The notes beneath the pieces are model-generated. The model made no database searches. It saw nothing but the letters and a program-made list of their open reading frames with translations, and was not told where the DNA came from. A stretch of 63,471 nt of DNA, filler included, from Saprolegnia diclina VS20 (lineage: Eukaryota): NCBI RefSeq assembly GCF_000281045.1. It is 12 parts of 2 records of this genome, joined end to end, with 100 filler letters (N's around TTAATTAATTAA, not from the genome) between each part and the next. Parts side by side here need not be neighbours in the genome. Positions count along the whole stretch, not along the records: positions 45,206 to 55,924 come from NW_008246160.1; positions 56,025 to 61,945 come from NW_008246160.1; 10 more parts are not named here. One strand, given 5' to 3'. Below, one piece after another: positions 46,400 to 59,795 of this stretch (its first letter is position 1; the number at the start of each line of letters is the position of its first letter). Position numbers and translations under genes: made by a program.

Positions 46400-49300
46400 C
46401 TAGACGCGAACGACCGCAGCCGTGTCGAGCGCCTTGACATATCGAAAGTGCGCTTCGACCTTGGTCGCAAGCTTCTTGGCTTGGGACGTCAACGCTGGCA
46501 CTTGCATCGCCGACGCCAAGAGTGTATCCAAAAGCGCAATCGGCAGCCACGAGACTTGCGCTGACGTCCGAGCACCAAACGAGTCGATCGTCAACGGCTC
46601 GGTCGCAGGCACGAGCGCATCCGCCGTCGCTAGCGCATCGTCCAGCGCACCGTACTTGAGCAGAAGCGAGAGCAGCTGCGGGCCGTCAGTCACCACCACA
46701 CTGTCGCGGAGCCATGTTGGGATCGCAACGCGCAGCTCCAGCGCCGTCTCGATCGCCGCCAGCGACAACGACGCCTTGTGCAAATGATGCAGCGTGGTTT
46801 GCAGCACCGACTCTGGAATCGAACCGGCGACCCACGCACGAGTGACCGCTCGGACCACGACCTTCATGTCCAGCTCAAACGCCAGCGCAATGGCCGACGC
46901 GAGCTCGATCGACCGCAAGGCCGCACGCGGCGGCGACGCAAGGTGCGTCAGCAGCAGCGAGACCACCTCGGGCGACCGCAGCGACCCGAGTGCCAGGCTG
47001 TGCTCGGGCAGCGCGAGCTTGCCACGGACCAAGAGCAGCTGCTTGTAGACATCCGAGGCCGAGACCACGGTCAGCGCGCAGTCGCCAGCGTCCGAGGCGA
47101 GACCGGCCTGCGACACAAACCACCGATGCGCTTCGGGAACCAGCTCCAAGACGTTGGAGGCGGCGAGGAGTGCGTCCCGCTGGACTTGGAGGATCGACGA
47201 TGCAAACGGCTCGAGCTCGAGGCGGAGGAAGAGCGAGTACATGGCGCGGGCTGCGTGCACAAATCGGCTCCGAGCGACGTAAAAGCTGTAGAGGAGGCGG
47301 TACAAGGCCGACGCGCTCTGCGACGACTTGGCCGGCGACACGTGCGCGTGGGTATTAGCCGCTTGCCACAATAAGAGTTCTTCGACTTGAGCTTCAAACG
47401 CACCCCAGCTCACGTCGCAGACCACGTCGACGCGGCCAGCGTCACAGAGCTGCAAGACAAAGTACCGGACGCACTCGTCCAGCGACGGCGCACTCGCACC
47501 GAGCGCCACGAGCTTCTGCAGCGCGGCGTGGGCACTCTCGTACGCCCCGTCGGCCACGTAGAGCTTGAAGAGGTTGTACCAGACAAACTCGAGCGTCGTG
47601 TCGTCCTCGGCGACATCGACGAGAATCGCTTGCAGAAATGACACCACATGACTGCTCAGACCCTTGGGTACGTGCTCCTTGAGCAACGTTGTGAGCTCTA
47701 CGACCACCGCCGCGCCTTCGAGATGCACGACACGGACGAGCGATCGGACGGCGCGGTCCAGAACCGTCTCTGTCTTGGTTGGCTCGAGCAGCAAGCATTC
47801 GCCGAGGAGGTACAGACGCTTGGCATCGTCGTCGGCGTCATTTGCGTGACGCAGCACGACGCGGAGGACGCTGTGGAGACCGTTGCTCTGCAGAAACGGC
47901 AGCAGCTTGGTGGCATCGGCGATCGCGGCGATCAACGACCGCGTCGACGCGCCGAGGTCACCGTCGACAACAATCTCATCGAGAAGCGACGCCGCAAAGA
48001 GCTGCAATACCGGCACGCCCGACGTCGCCTGCGTCTGGCTGCACAGCCAGTACACGTTGGACCAATTGGCGAGCGACCGCTCGAGCGCCGGCCGCACCGA
48101 GGCCTCCAGATGACGCAGCGTCGTTTCGGCCAGAAATGACGGCGTCGCGTCAAGGAGAAAGGTCACAAAACACGCGCTCGCAGCGGCGGCGGCGCGCATG
48201 TCGTGAAGGACGACGGCGCTCATACGGTGAAGCGCGAGCGCGAGGTCGGTCGCAGCCACGTCCTGGGAGCTCATGCTCGCATCGTCTGAGAGACGCGGCA
48301 GCGCAAGATGCGCCACAAGGGCATCGAGAAGCGCCATTTGCGTGGCTGCGTCACCCGAGAGGACGTTGGCGGTCCGTGCGAGGACGCTTGGCACATGGCG
48401 GCCGGCGCTGCCGTCCTCGAGAAGCCCGGCGTGGACAACGCCCAGCAGCGTCACGGACGTCGTGACGTCCAATGCGAGCACGTCCGACTGCCACTGACGT
48501 TCGAGCGACGCATAGTAGGACGCGATCGGGAATGCACCAAACGTCGGTAAAACGATCGAGTCGTAGAGGTCGGCGATCGTCGCCGGGCGGTCGCCGAGGA
48601 TCGAAGCGGGGAAGAACACCGACATGTGGTTGCGGCGCAAGAGCACCGGCGACCCGAGCAAGTCGCACGACACAAAGCCCAGGGGCACGTTCTCCGCCGC
48701 CCAGTGCTACCATCGTCGTCATCCATATGTTGTCGGAATATGGACAAGTTGTACCTTGGTCGCGACGGCGAGGACGTGGCGCCACACGGTCGATCGAAGC
48801 GCATATGGGTTGGAGCCCTTGGTGTCCTGCAACGACCACTGCCGGTGGACAGCATCGAGAAGCGCACGGCGAAGCCGGTGGCCGTCGAGCGTCGGTGCCG
48901 GGCCCGTGACGAGCGTCGACAAGGTCAAGCGGAGGCACTCGTCGTTGAAGCGCCCCGGGGCGCCAAGCCGCTGCATGTAGAACGCCTAAATGCCAGCACG
49001 CGGTTAGTTGCATGGAATATGTACAAAATAGAATGTACGTCGATCTGCGACAGGTCGGCAATGTCCTTGGCCAACGCGTCGTCGTCGGCGGCGTGCTTGG
49101 TCGTCCACGCGTGCATGCCACGCAGGACGGTGCCCGCGACCTCCTTGGGGCCCGTGAGCGAGAGCGGGTGCTGGACGACGTAGTCGGTCGACGGCGCGCG
49201 CCAGACCGAGAAGAGCCGCGCATCGTCGACACTGAAGTCGACGAGGCGGACGTGGACTGACAGCTGCTCAAGCACAAAGCGGCGTGCGACGTGGAGGTCG

Positions 49301-50357
49301 ATCGACGCCGGCGAGAGCTCGCCACGGAGGAGCACAATGTCATGCGGTGTCGTCGTAGTCGTCGTCGTCACATGCAGCAGCACTCGTTGGTCGACGATAG
49401 CCATTGAGGCGGCGACCGCCGGCGCTGCATCGGCGGGGAGCCCGAGCACCGACCCAATGGCTTGGTTGCAGAGGCAGCTGAGCTGTTCGTACGACCAGAC
49501 GCGCAGCACATAGTCGGCCGAGAGTGAGAGGACGAGCGTGTCGGTGCTGTCATGGTCGTGGTTCGTGTCGGGCACGGGGACGATGGCCAAGACGGCGTGG
49601 GCGCGGGCGCCGCCGAGGCCGAGGCCGCCCCAGAGCCACTGCAAGCCGACGTGGTCCGTGAGCGCGACTTCATGGAACGACGCGTGCGAGTGGCCAAAGA
49701 TCGAGAGACCGACGTTGATGGCAATCATGGCGCCGTCGTCACCGCCGACGACCACGTTGCACTCGTCGAGCCAGCACACGGCGCTAATCGACGTCTGGAG
49801 CGGCAGCGAGCTCATCGCGAACGCGACCTCGTCGCGGCCTTCGGTCGAGAAGAGCGTCGGCTCGATCTTGTAGCAGTAGCGGTGGATCGTCTTGGCGCAC
49901 GTGACGACGCAGATTGAGACGAACTGCTTGTCGAGCGACTCGAAGACGCGGACGCCCTGCGGCGCAACGCTCTCTACATGTCTGACGTCAGCGCCAACAT
50001 ACAGGCCGGACGACGCTGCAACGTACCCGGCAGCTCGATGGCGAGCGACGCCTTGCCGGACGCCGGCTTGTCGGCGCTGCTCTCATGGACCGGCGTCTCC
50101 CAAAGAAGCACGTGCTTGCCAATGGCGCGGTAGCTCACGAAGCGGTCGTGCTGCAGGACAAAGCCGCCGCCGAGGCTCTCGACCCCTGGCAGAGACAGGG
50201 TTAGCCACCGTCGCCGCAGACAAAACAGGTACGTACGGCTCGGGGGCGCATGCGCAGGGACCGTCTTCAGCTTGGAGCGCACGCGGAAGGCCGCGTCGGT
50301 CTCCTTCTCGACGTAGGCGAGCGGGACCTCGTGCATCGCGGCTGCGCTTCCTCCCAT
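46400..50357 (-). CDS. NUP160: Nucleoporin Nup160-like, multi-exon
   Basis: N-terminal beta-propeller-like part (LSLSADYVLRVWS); helical C-terminus with YNLFKLY...YESAH and YRLLYSFYVARSRFVHAARAMY; several short GT-AG introns. Confidence 0.8.
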
Positions 50358-50805
50358 CGCGTTTCCAATAAAATATTTCCGCGCGCCTCATTGGTCAAAA
50401 AGCAGTGGCCGCGCGGTATCCGGCATTCCGGATACCATTCTCTTTTTCACGGCACGTGAGAAACGTGAAAAAGATCGTGTGTTGGGGTGCGCGAGCCGCG
50501 GTATCCGGATATCTGGCAAACCGGACGCGTTCGTTTTTCACGTGGCGTGCGAAATCGTGCGAAATGCGAGAAAAGTGGGATTTAAACAGCGCGCCATCCG
50601 CAGCAACCGAGCAGTAGCTGGAGTCATTAGGAGCAAGGGTATATAAGAGCATCTCTTATCTATCCTTGGTAGGAGTAGTCGTACAAGTATGTAGGACTAG
50701 GGCATCAATTTTATGCTGTAGCATTAGTCTCTTGATTCATGACGACACACTGCGTTCTACAAGTGCCACGAACCATGTCTTGGCGCGTCTCGGTCACGTT
50801 GGGCA

Positions 50806-52383
50806 TCAAAGCATCGGGTGCCAGCGTCGGCTCAGCGCTGGAATCGACGGTCGCGACAGCCGCTCATTGGGCGGTACGTCGTGCGTCTCGCAGTACGCTG
50901 CATAGGCGTTCAGCAGCGACTCGATGCGATCGTACGACCCTTCCTGCGCCAAAAGCGCGTCGTGGTACAGCCGTCGGCGGGGCGGCAGCGCCGTTTCCAA
51001 GCGCGCAGCGGGCGGTTCGTGTCGGCAAAACCGCTCGAGTCGCCCGCGCTTGGTCGCCGCGCACGCGCGACAGAACCGGAACGCGCCCTTTGGACATGCT
51101 GCACAGCTGATGAGGACGCCGCGGATCGGCTTGCTGCACAAAACGCAGTTGGTTGGCCACCACTCGGGCGCCATGTCGCTGCAGATGGCCTTGGTCACGA
51201 GCGCGAGAAGGCGGTGGCGGCCCGTGGTGTTCGCGGTTGCCACGCGGCAGATGGCTGCGACCGTGTCCTTACCAGGCAGAATGCGGTGGGCGGTGAGAAA
51301 GTGGTCGGTGGCCGCAGCCATATCACCGCTGGTCCATAATGCGAGGCCGAGGTTGAGCTCCGCTACGTACACGCCTCAGCGAGTTGGCGAATTCGAGGAC
51401 GCGCCTACCGTCACGCTTGTAGTTGACGGTCGCGTTGGTGGCGGGAAGAAGAGCTCGCACCGAGCGCAAAATGGCCGTCGCCCCCGCGACGTCACCGGCC
51501 TGGAGCAAGGAGAAGCCTTCGTTGAGTGACGCCGCTAGCGTCAGCTCGTGGTCCGCGCCGAGCGTACGTCGTGTGGTCGCCAGGACGCGCTGGTTGAGCG
51601 CAAGGCCTTCGTCAAAGCGACCGAGATCCATGTACGCGGCGCCGGCAATCTGCAGCGTCAAGAGAGTGCGAATGTGGTCGGGCCCGTGGAGTTGCTCCTG
51701 CAGCGCCGAGGTCTTGCGGCTCCAGCGCAGCGCTGCGCGGGGATCGTGGAGAAGCGTTACGATGTCTGTGACAAGACTCATGACGACAGCGGTGTAGCTG
51801 TTGGCGAGGCCGTATGCGTGTCGGTGGGCGTCAAAGAGATCGAGCGCAATGTCTTTGGCGTCGTGGAGCAGGTCGTTCCGAGAGAGGGCAGCGGCAAAGC
51901 TGTACTTGGTGGCAAAGACCTCGCGGTCAGAAGGCCCCAGCAACTCGGTTTGCACTGCGAGCGCCGACTCGAAGAGCGGTCGCCACGTACGTGCGGGCTT
52001 GCGCAAGATACCGCGCATCATGCCGACTTGGGCTTGGCCCTTGGCAACTTCGAGGTGGGCGCTTTGGTCGTCGAGCGTCGTGAAGAGCGACAGATCATGT
52101 GCATAGCACCGCTCTGCATCCACAAAGTTGCGTTCGTTGAGGTAGATGTGACCAAGAGCTCGCCACCGATGGGCCTGCTGGGCTGTTGATGACAAGGCAC
52201 GGATGGACGCTTCCAAGGTTGTCTTGATCCAGTTGGACAACGTCGAAAAGATGAGCCGGTCGACCGCGATGAATGACGTCTCGGTGCGAATCAAATCAAA
52301 GATACCGTCGCGGTCACTTGGCACCGTAGCTACCGAGTCCTCGCTCTTGATCGTCGCCAGCATCTTGCTGAAGGCACCAAAGC
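50806..52383 (-). CDS. Kinesin-light-chain-type TPR protein with C-terminal ZZ-like zinc finger, paralog 1 (5' in gap)
   Basis: LGPSDRE, HGPDHIRTL and LGADHELTL repeats; phase-1 intron 51363-51408; CVLC..CAAC..CRAC..FCRH; ends RRWHPML. Confidence 0.82.
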
Positions 52384-53117
52384 NNNNNNNNNNNNNNNNN
52401 NNNNNNNNNNNNNNNNNNNNNNNNNNNNNNNNNNNNNNNNNNNNNNNNNNNNNNNNNNNNNNNNNNNNNNNNNNNNNNNNNNNNNNNNNNNNNNNNNNNN
52501 NNNNNNNNNNNNNNNNNNNNNNNNNNNNNNNNNNNNNNNNNNNNNNNNNNNNNNNNNNNNNNNNNNNNNNNNNNNNNNNNNNNNNNNNNNNNNNNNNNNN
52601 NNNNNNNNNNNNNNNNNNNNNNNNNNNNNNNNNNNNNNNNNNNNNNNNNNNNNNNNNNNNNNNNNNNNNNNNNNNNNNNNNNNNNNNNNNNNNNNNNNNN
52701 NNNNNNNNNNNNNNNNNNNNNNNNNNNNNNNNNNNNNNNNNNNNNNNNNNNNNNNNNNNNNNNNNNNNNNNNNNNNNNNNNNNNNNNNNNNNNNNNNNNN
52801 NNNNNNNNNNNNNNNNNNNNNNNNNNNNNNNNNNNNNNNNNNNNNNNNNNNNNNNNNNNNNNNNNNNNNNNNNNNNNNNNNNNNNNNNNNNNNNNNNNNN
52901 NNNNNNNNNNNNNNNNNNNNNNNNNNNNNNNNNNNNNNNNNNNNNNNNNGATGTCCACGCGGAAACCAGATGGTCTGTCCCGTCGTGTCTGTGATCGTAG
53001 TTGGGTGTTTTGATCATACACGATACAATAAGGCTAATAAAACGACTCTTCTTCGCTTGACCAATCAGCGATCGGTCCATATCATTCACCTCCAGCCTCA
53101 CACGGCATGCCAGCTAT

Positions 53118-53930
53118 TAGAGAGTTTGCGAAATTTCCTATTATCGTTGAAAATTATACTTCGCGGGATAATAGGAATCTGACGAGATAATGTTTAATTT
53201 GCGTTTGCGAAATCTGCGACCCAAAAAAATTATACTACCGCAGGGTATGCATTCGGCGAGAGGTTCGGGTCGCGAGCCACTCGTTCGCGCTGGTGCATGC
53301 GACCGCGGAAGCGCGCGGACATGGACAGTCGCGTGGAGCGCTCATGTTTCGTGTGATGCGATCAACCCATCTACTATCAGGTTTCCGACTCAATAACTCC
53401 TCTAGCGCCTCCTCGTTGTCGCCCACGCAACCGGGATCGTGCGTGGGCGCTCCTCCTCGCCTGGCGACGCGCCTCGAAGCGCAGAGACCGCTGCGCGGAA
53501 ACAAGGCGCCGAGTATGTTCACGGGCCAGATGCGCAACTTCCTCTACCTCTAGATGATGTCGGTGGTGCCCGCAAGCGACCGCTGAGGCGATGGCACGGC
53601 CCGCGCTCTGGACGTCCTTCGTTGTCGGCCCTGCAACGCAAATTGGCAATTGAAAGCGTCGGTGCCTGGTTGGTTGAAACGCCTCCTATTTCATCCAATG
53701 GGCATCACTGGCCTTTTTTCTGTCAGAGCTTATTTATTGGCCGTCGTGTCCGATATCAATTCCCACAAATATCTCACTTTGACAGGTTTTTTGGAGTTAT
53801 TATCGAAGGCCTCCGGAGGCCGTATTTAGTATCGAATTCTATTATCGAATATTATTTTTCACAGTGACCTCTGAGACTCGATCGAGATAATATAATTTTT
53901 TCGATAATTTTGAAAATCGCAAACTCACTA
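53118..53930. mobile_element. Putative non-autonomous TIR element (MITE-like, possibly hAT-type ends)
   Basis: Imperfect approx. 45-bp inverted termini TAGAGAGTTTGCGAAATTTCCTATTATCG and, on the reverse complement, TAGTGAGTTTGCGATTTTCAAAATTATCG; AT-rich subterminal regions; no clean TSD. Confidence 0.55.
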
Positions 53931-54102
53931 TTGTGAATGCGGGATCGACAGGAGTTCATCCATTTCGCGACTTGTATACGCGTATGATATTCGATGGTTA
54001 TGNNNNNNNNNNNNNNNNNNNNNNNNNNNNNNNNNNNNNNNNNNNNNNNNNNNNNNNNNNNNNNNNNNNNNNNNNNNNNNNNNNNNNNNNNNNNNNNNNN
54101 NN

Positions 54103-54290
54103 AGGCCGCGGGCTGGCGACGTCATGGCTACTTGCGAAATGAGTCGTCCGTCTCCGATTCTGGTCATCACAGTGGGCTCACAGTGGGTCACAGCGCACGC
54201 CAGATGGCCCAGCCAGAGCAATGTAGTTGGGTGTTTCTGGGAAAGCATATAAATGGCTATAGTAAATATCTAGACGCACCACGCCGATCC
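54103..54290 (-). pseudogene. Decayed TPR gene fragment
   Basis: KHPTTLLWLGHLACAVTH resembles HPTTLATRGSFAFALAH of the neighbouring TPR genes; stop codon upstream. Confidence 0.35.
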
Positions 54291-54615
54291 TAGGACACCA
54301 GACGCACTGGCCGCAGATACTTTGGCGCATACGCAGTGCTATCCAGATGATACACTGCGTGATCGCTCACTCGTGTTCGCCGCTACCTTCCATCCCAAGT
54401 GACCATTTCTTGCTACTGCGGCCTCACCCCTGTCACGGTGTGGGACGATTTTCACATCAAGTGAAAAACGTGGTAAACGTGGGTTTTCAATAGGCTCTTC
54501 TTGGGGACTCATGCAAAGTACTGACGTTATGCGACGATACATACGCCAGGCTGTATTTGATTTTATACATATAGCGACTCGGTGCGTTCGTTTTGGCCTC
54601 GTCGGTGACAGGCGA

Positions 54616-55924
54616 CTAGAGCATCGGGTGCCAACGTCTGTTCAAACTCGGAACAGACGTTCGCTGCAATCGCTCGTCCATCGAAACCTGGTGCGTCTCG
54701 CAGTAGGCCTCGTACGCTTGATAGCGCCAGTTGACAGCATCAAAGTCGGCGACGTCCGCTGCTAGCAGTGCGTCTTCCTCAAAGAACCGGCGCGGTGGGC
54801 GGGTTCTCGTCCACTGGGTCAGACTCGCATCGTGACGGCAAAAGTGACGCAGCCGGGAAGAATGCTGGTCATGACAAGTTGTACAAAACGTAAAGACATC
54901 GCGTGGACACGCCGCACACTCGACGACACTGCCGACAATTGGCTCACAGCACACCATGCAGCTCGTGGGCCATGCCTCTGGCTCGTCATCCACAGTCGAC
55001 ATGACGTACTCGCGCACCATGGCGAGGCCTTCGGGGGATGTTGGCGCGTCGACCGCAAAGCTGTAGAGCATCCACGCGCTCACTTTGAACGGCATATCGT
55101 GAAAGGCGCGGGCATAGTACGCAAGAGCGGCCGTCCGGTCACCATTGATGGCGCACACGACGCCCAAGTTGACGTGCACTAGACGCAGACAATATGTCCA
55201 TCATTCAAACCTATCCACATGGAATAGCGTCATACCGATGCAAAGAAGGTGGGCTAGCTCCCGGCGCGCCTCGAGCGTCGTCTGCAACTGCAGCAGCGCC
55301 GACATGGCATGCGCGGCGTCGCCGGCCATGAGGACACTGATGGCAGAGTTGATGCGACTGACAATTGTGCTCTCATGATTGGCCCCCAGCGTCCGCTCTT
55401 CGGAGGCCGCAACCAACTCGGCAAGCGCGGGCGCTTGGATCGTGTCGCCCATCTGCAGCAGCACGATGACGAGAAGCGAGAGTGTCGTCAACGTCGCCTT
55501 GTGCTCGCCGCCCAAGAGCGTCTTCTGAAGGGTGTGCGCTTTTCGGAGCCAGCGCAGCGCGAGCCGTGGTTTACCGAGGCGCGTGTAGATTTGGCCGACG
55601 TTGGAGAGGCTATCGGCTGTGTGCTCGTTGCAAAGGCCGTGCAGCGATCGCCGCCGCTCCGAGTCGTCGAGTGCCAACGGCAGCGCGTCCGCCATCGCGT
55701 CGTTGTACACAAGAGACTTGACATAGTTGGTGCGCGCCGCAAGTGTTGTTGGGTGTGCCTCGCCGAGGTGCTCGATCGCCATGGCCAACGTCGAGCGGTG
55801 GAGCGGCTCCCACACGGCGCGGGGCTCGCGCTGCTGTCCGACACTGTGTGCGATCATCGACTGCAAGAGCAGCGTGACGGCGTCCACCGATCCGCGGGCG
55901 TCCAATGACAAGCTTAACGCTGCT
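54616..55924 (-). CDS. TPR + ZZ-like zinc finger protein, paralog 2 (5' partial)
   Basis: LGEAHPTTL, LGGEHKATL and LGANHEST repeats; same phase-1 intron; ends RRWHPML. Confidence 0.82.
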
Positions 55925-56067
55925 NNNNNNNNNNNNNNNNNNNNNNNNNNNNNNNNNNNNNNNNNNNNTTAATTAATTAANNNNNNNNNNNNNNNNNNNN
56001 NNNNNNNNNNNNNNNNNNNNNNNNTACAGCGCGCTACGAGAGAGATTATAAGCTACTTGTCATGTAG

Positions 56068-59000
56068 ATGGGCGAGACGCTACTCTACTACGCAGAGACG
56101 TGTGGTAACGACAACGTCGTGCAGCTTTTGCGCGACGCGCCTCGGTTGCGAGACACAACCATGGTACACGATGTGAAGGAATATTCACGCGCTGATGTCG
56201 TCTCAGCTCTTAACAGCCCTCGACGAAAAGCGCTTTGCCGATGCACTTCAAATCCTAGAGCAAAATACTATCAATCCCAATCTCTCCGACAGCGTACGCG
56301 TCTCTACTTCGTACATGGAGTGGTTGAGCACCAATGAAATTACTGTAGAATGGATCATCCTTGGTGCAGCTGGTGCTCGCGACGCAAGACATACCGTTGC
56401 TCCAAGAGCTCGTGAACAAACCCAAACTCAATCTCAATGAGGTACACGCTTGTGTAGAGTAGCTCAGCAACTCTGTATTAGACGACTCGAGCTCTTGCTC
56501 AAACCTCTGACGCGGTCAAGACCCTCTTCCTTCACGCAGCCTCCACCAACGACGCGAGTGTTGTCGAGAAGCTTTTGTCGCTCGGTATCCGGCCAACATA
56601 TACCAACGAGGTTGATACTTCTAGCAGTTATGCGCTTGACTCGAGTTGCTCTAGCATGGAGAGACGGCGTTGCACGTGGCAGCTGCCAGGGGCCACGGAG
56701 CTGTCGTCACATGTCTGCTCGACTTCGCAAACGATGAGGCGTATGTCAACACGATCAACCATGTACGTCCCTTGCCCTCGAAGTCTCTCCACTATGGACG
56801 GTTCTTGTATGCATGTAGGCTGGCGAGTCGGCGCTTTTCGTCGCCGCAGCACATGGCCGAGCTTTCGTTGTCAAGTCGCTTCTTGGTGCGCACGCGAGTC
56901 CCCACTGCGTCGCCAAGGTACTGCCATTTTCTCAACTGTATCTGTGGATAGTATGGCACGTCGATAGAATGGACGGACGCTGCTACACGCGGCCGTCATC
57001 AGCGGCGACGCGAGTATTCTCGACCACCTTCTAACGCTATGCAGCAAGGCCGTGGACGCATGTGACGCTGTGCGTTCGTCCGCGACCAAGAATCCTCGCT
57101 AACGATCAATCTAGCTGGGGCAAACGGCGCTGCATCTTGCGGCTGCCAACGGCCACGCGAGCGCTGTCCAGCTCCTTGTCGATGCCAAAGCCAGCGTCTT
57201 TGCCACGACATCGGTACAGTTCTCAGTGTGGACTCGAGTCACAAGTGTGCAATAACTCTAGGCGGGCGAGACCCCGCGTATGCTCGCGAAGGAGCTTGGT
57301 GTCATCGCGTTTCTCGAGATGGTTGAACACCGGGTTAAAGACGAGGTAGGCATGCCAACGCTACTACAATGGACATGATTCGTCCAAATGACGACGGCTC
57401 ATCGTCGCGTGTAGCTGCTCGAGACCATAAAAAAGCACACATACGATCCAATGTTGACGCTCTTGGCCCATGGCATAGACCCCAACACCACCAACGAGGC
57501 AAGATAACTGCCGATGGCTCTGTTGCCCTGATGCCGAATCGTAGGCCGGTGACTCACTACTACATCTCGCAGTGCGGGGCAACAACCCCAAGGCCTTGGA
57601 TGCGCTTTTGAAGGTGCCAGGCATCCGAATGGACGTTCGCAACCTGGTACAATGCACCGATATAGTCCATCGTACCAATGACAATGTTGTAGGCGGGCGT
57701 GACCCCGTTGCTCCTCGCCGTCCGAGATGGTTGTCGACACTTGGCGAAGATGTTGCATAAGGCGAAGCACAGTGTGCTTCCCGACGTACGTCGACTGTTT
57801 CTGTACTGATTGTTCAACGTGGCGTCCGTAGGTGCCCGCCTCGGCGATCGAGATAGACACGTCGCGTGTACTGGGTGCTGGCAGCTTCGGCGTCGTCTAC
57901 AGGGGCACGTACAACGGCCGTTCCGTCGCGGTCAAGACGCCTGCCAAGGCATCTTGCATCCCAGATCTGATTGACGAGATGGAGACCATGCAACGGTGCA
58001 GCAACCATTTGTGATTTGCTCTTTTGACCTTAGTGGTTATAGGTGCAACTCGCCGTTCGTGCTGCAGCTGCTCGCAGTCTCGGGCGCCAGCACATCCAGC
58101 CCCAAGCTCGTACTCGAGTACATGGATGCTGGTGACCTTCGTAGCTACCTCGACGCCAAGCGGCTCGGTCAACCCACCAAGGTCAACGTGTCGACACTCG
58201 AAGTCGCATGGGTCGTTGCAAATGCCCTCGCCGATTTGCACGAAGCTGGTCTTCTTCACCGCGACCTCAAGAGCGAGAACGTCCTCCTCTGCTCCGAGAA
58301 CTACATCAAGCTCGCCGACCTCGGGATTGCTCGCGAGTGCAAGTCCAAGATGACGACGGGCAAGGGCACGCCGTACTGGACAGCCCCCGAAGTCTATACG
58401 TCCGGCAGCAACTACAGCTTTGCAGCTGATATCTACGCATTTGGCGTCATTTTGTCCGAGCTCGACACACTGCTGCTGCCTTATGCAGATGTCCCGGGTA
58501 TCAATTTCTGGGGTATCATGGACCGAGTCCGCAACGGCACGCTTCGGCCGAGTCTGACGCCGACCTGCGCGCCCTGGCTCAAAGAGCTCGCGACAGCGTG
58601 CTTTGCGTCCGACCCGGCGCAGCGTCCGACAGCCCACGACGTTGTCAACGTCCTTGAACGCCAGCTCAACCACGCCAATTCTGAGATGCCGCCAACTTTA
58701 CTCCGTCGCAAACCGAGTGCATCGACGCCTCTGATAGCTCAGGTACAAACTTTGATAGAATTGTATTCAACTCAACAAAGGGTAGGTGGCACCGGTATCC
58801 CGGCAGCACGACGTATCGTCGGGCTCCTCGGCGCCGCTTTCTGCGAGCCACCTGCTGTCGCGCATACCTGAAGTCGAGCTTACCCCCCACGAATCACCGC
58901 CAGAGAGTGGCAACGCCAAGGTATACGCCACAGCGTGTATGACCTAACCCTCTTCTGGCACTAGACGGATGCGGGCGGAAGCATCGAGAAGGTCGTGGCC

Positions 59001-59306
59001 AACGATCTCATTTGTCAACGGTGTACCGCGACCAACAGCTTCCTGGACGACGCCTGCGAGACATGTCACGAGTCGTTGCCACCATCGTCGCAAAGGCTTG
59101 CACTGTTTGTGGAGCGGCTGGAAGTGGCGGCCGCGCAAGGCCTTCGCGTTGAATCGACCATCCCGTGTCATACGTGCAGCACGGCTTACCCAATGACGAC
59201 AGCCGAGTGCGACGACTGCGGCGACGCGTTCCCCGCGGATACCGTCAAGATTCGCATGCTGCTCAAGCGCCTCGAGCTCGCACGTAGCAGCAACCCGATA
59301 GTATAA
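56068..59306 (+). CDS. Multi-exon ankyrin-repeat TKL kinase with C-terminal double zinc-ribbon repeats (5' partial)
   Basis: Ankyrin exons at 56819-56917, 56968-57069 and 57115-57213. Kinase motifs LGAGSFG, VAVK, HRDLKSEN, DLG and WTAPE intact. Last exon has CQRC..CETC and CHTC..CDDC. Confidence 0.85.
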
Positions 59307-59795
59307 ATCGGGTGAAACTGACCCGAGTGCCATGGACAGTTTTTGGATCCACAAGACCCACTTTTGATTGGTGGATGTGGTTGAAGGAAAGGGTTATCGA
59401 TGCAAAGCCCCGTATTGCGCATCGAGCAAGCGGCCAACGCGTAAGTCTCGTGATCCATCGATCGATTGAGCGACTAAATGCATTTTTTAATATTTGTATA
59501 CAGTCCAAATGTGTTATGTAGTACACAAACGCAGCGAGCACATGCTATCTCTTCCATCGACGAGCTCGATTTTACCCTACACCTACCCTAGCCCTAGGCA
59601 CAAGCCGACCTGCAACTGGGTTTCCAATGATGCAGGACAATATACAGTAGGCTCGGAGGTAGCAGTTTGATTGCATTGGAGAAGAGTGATGCTGTACCAA
59701 TTTGCGTTAGTTCATAGCATTATGAATTCACCGGGTTTATGATCCGACTCGCGACTGGGACGCTCGACATTCTTGATGACTTGATACCTCAAGGC

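Noticed and set aside
50806..50830. Conserved C-terminal ...HPML as a peroxisomal targeting signal
   Set aside because: PML lacks the basic middle residue of the PTS1 consensus.
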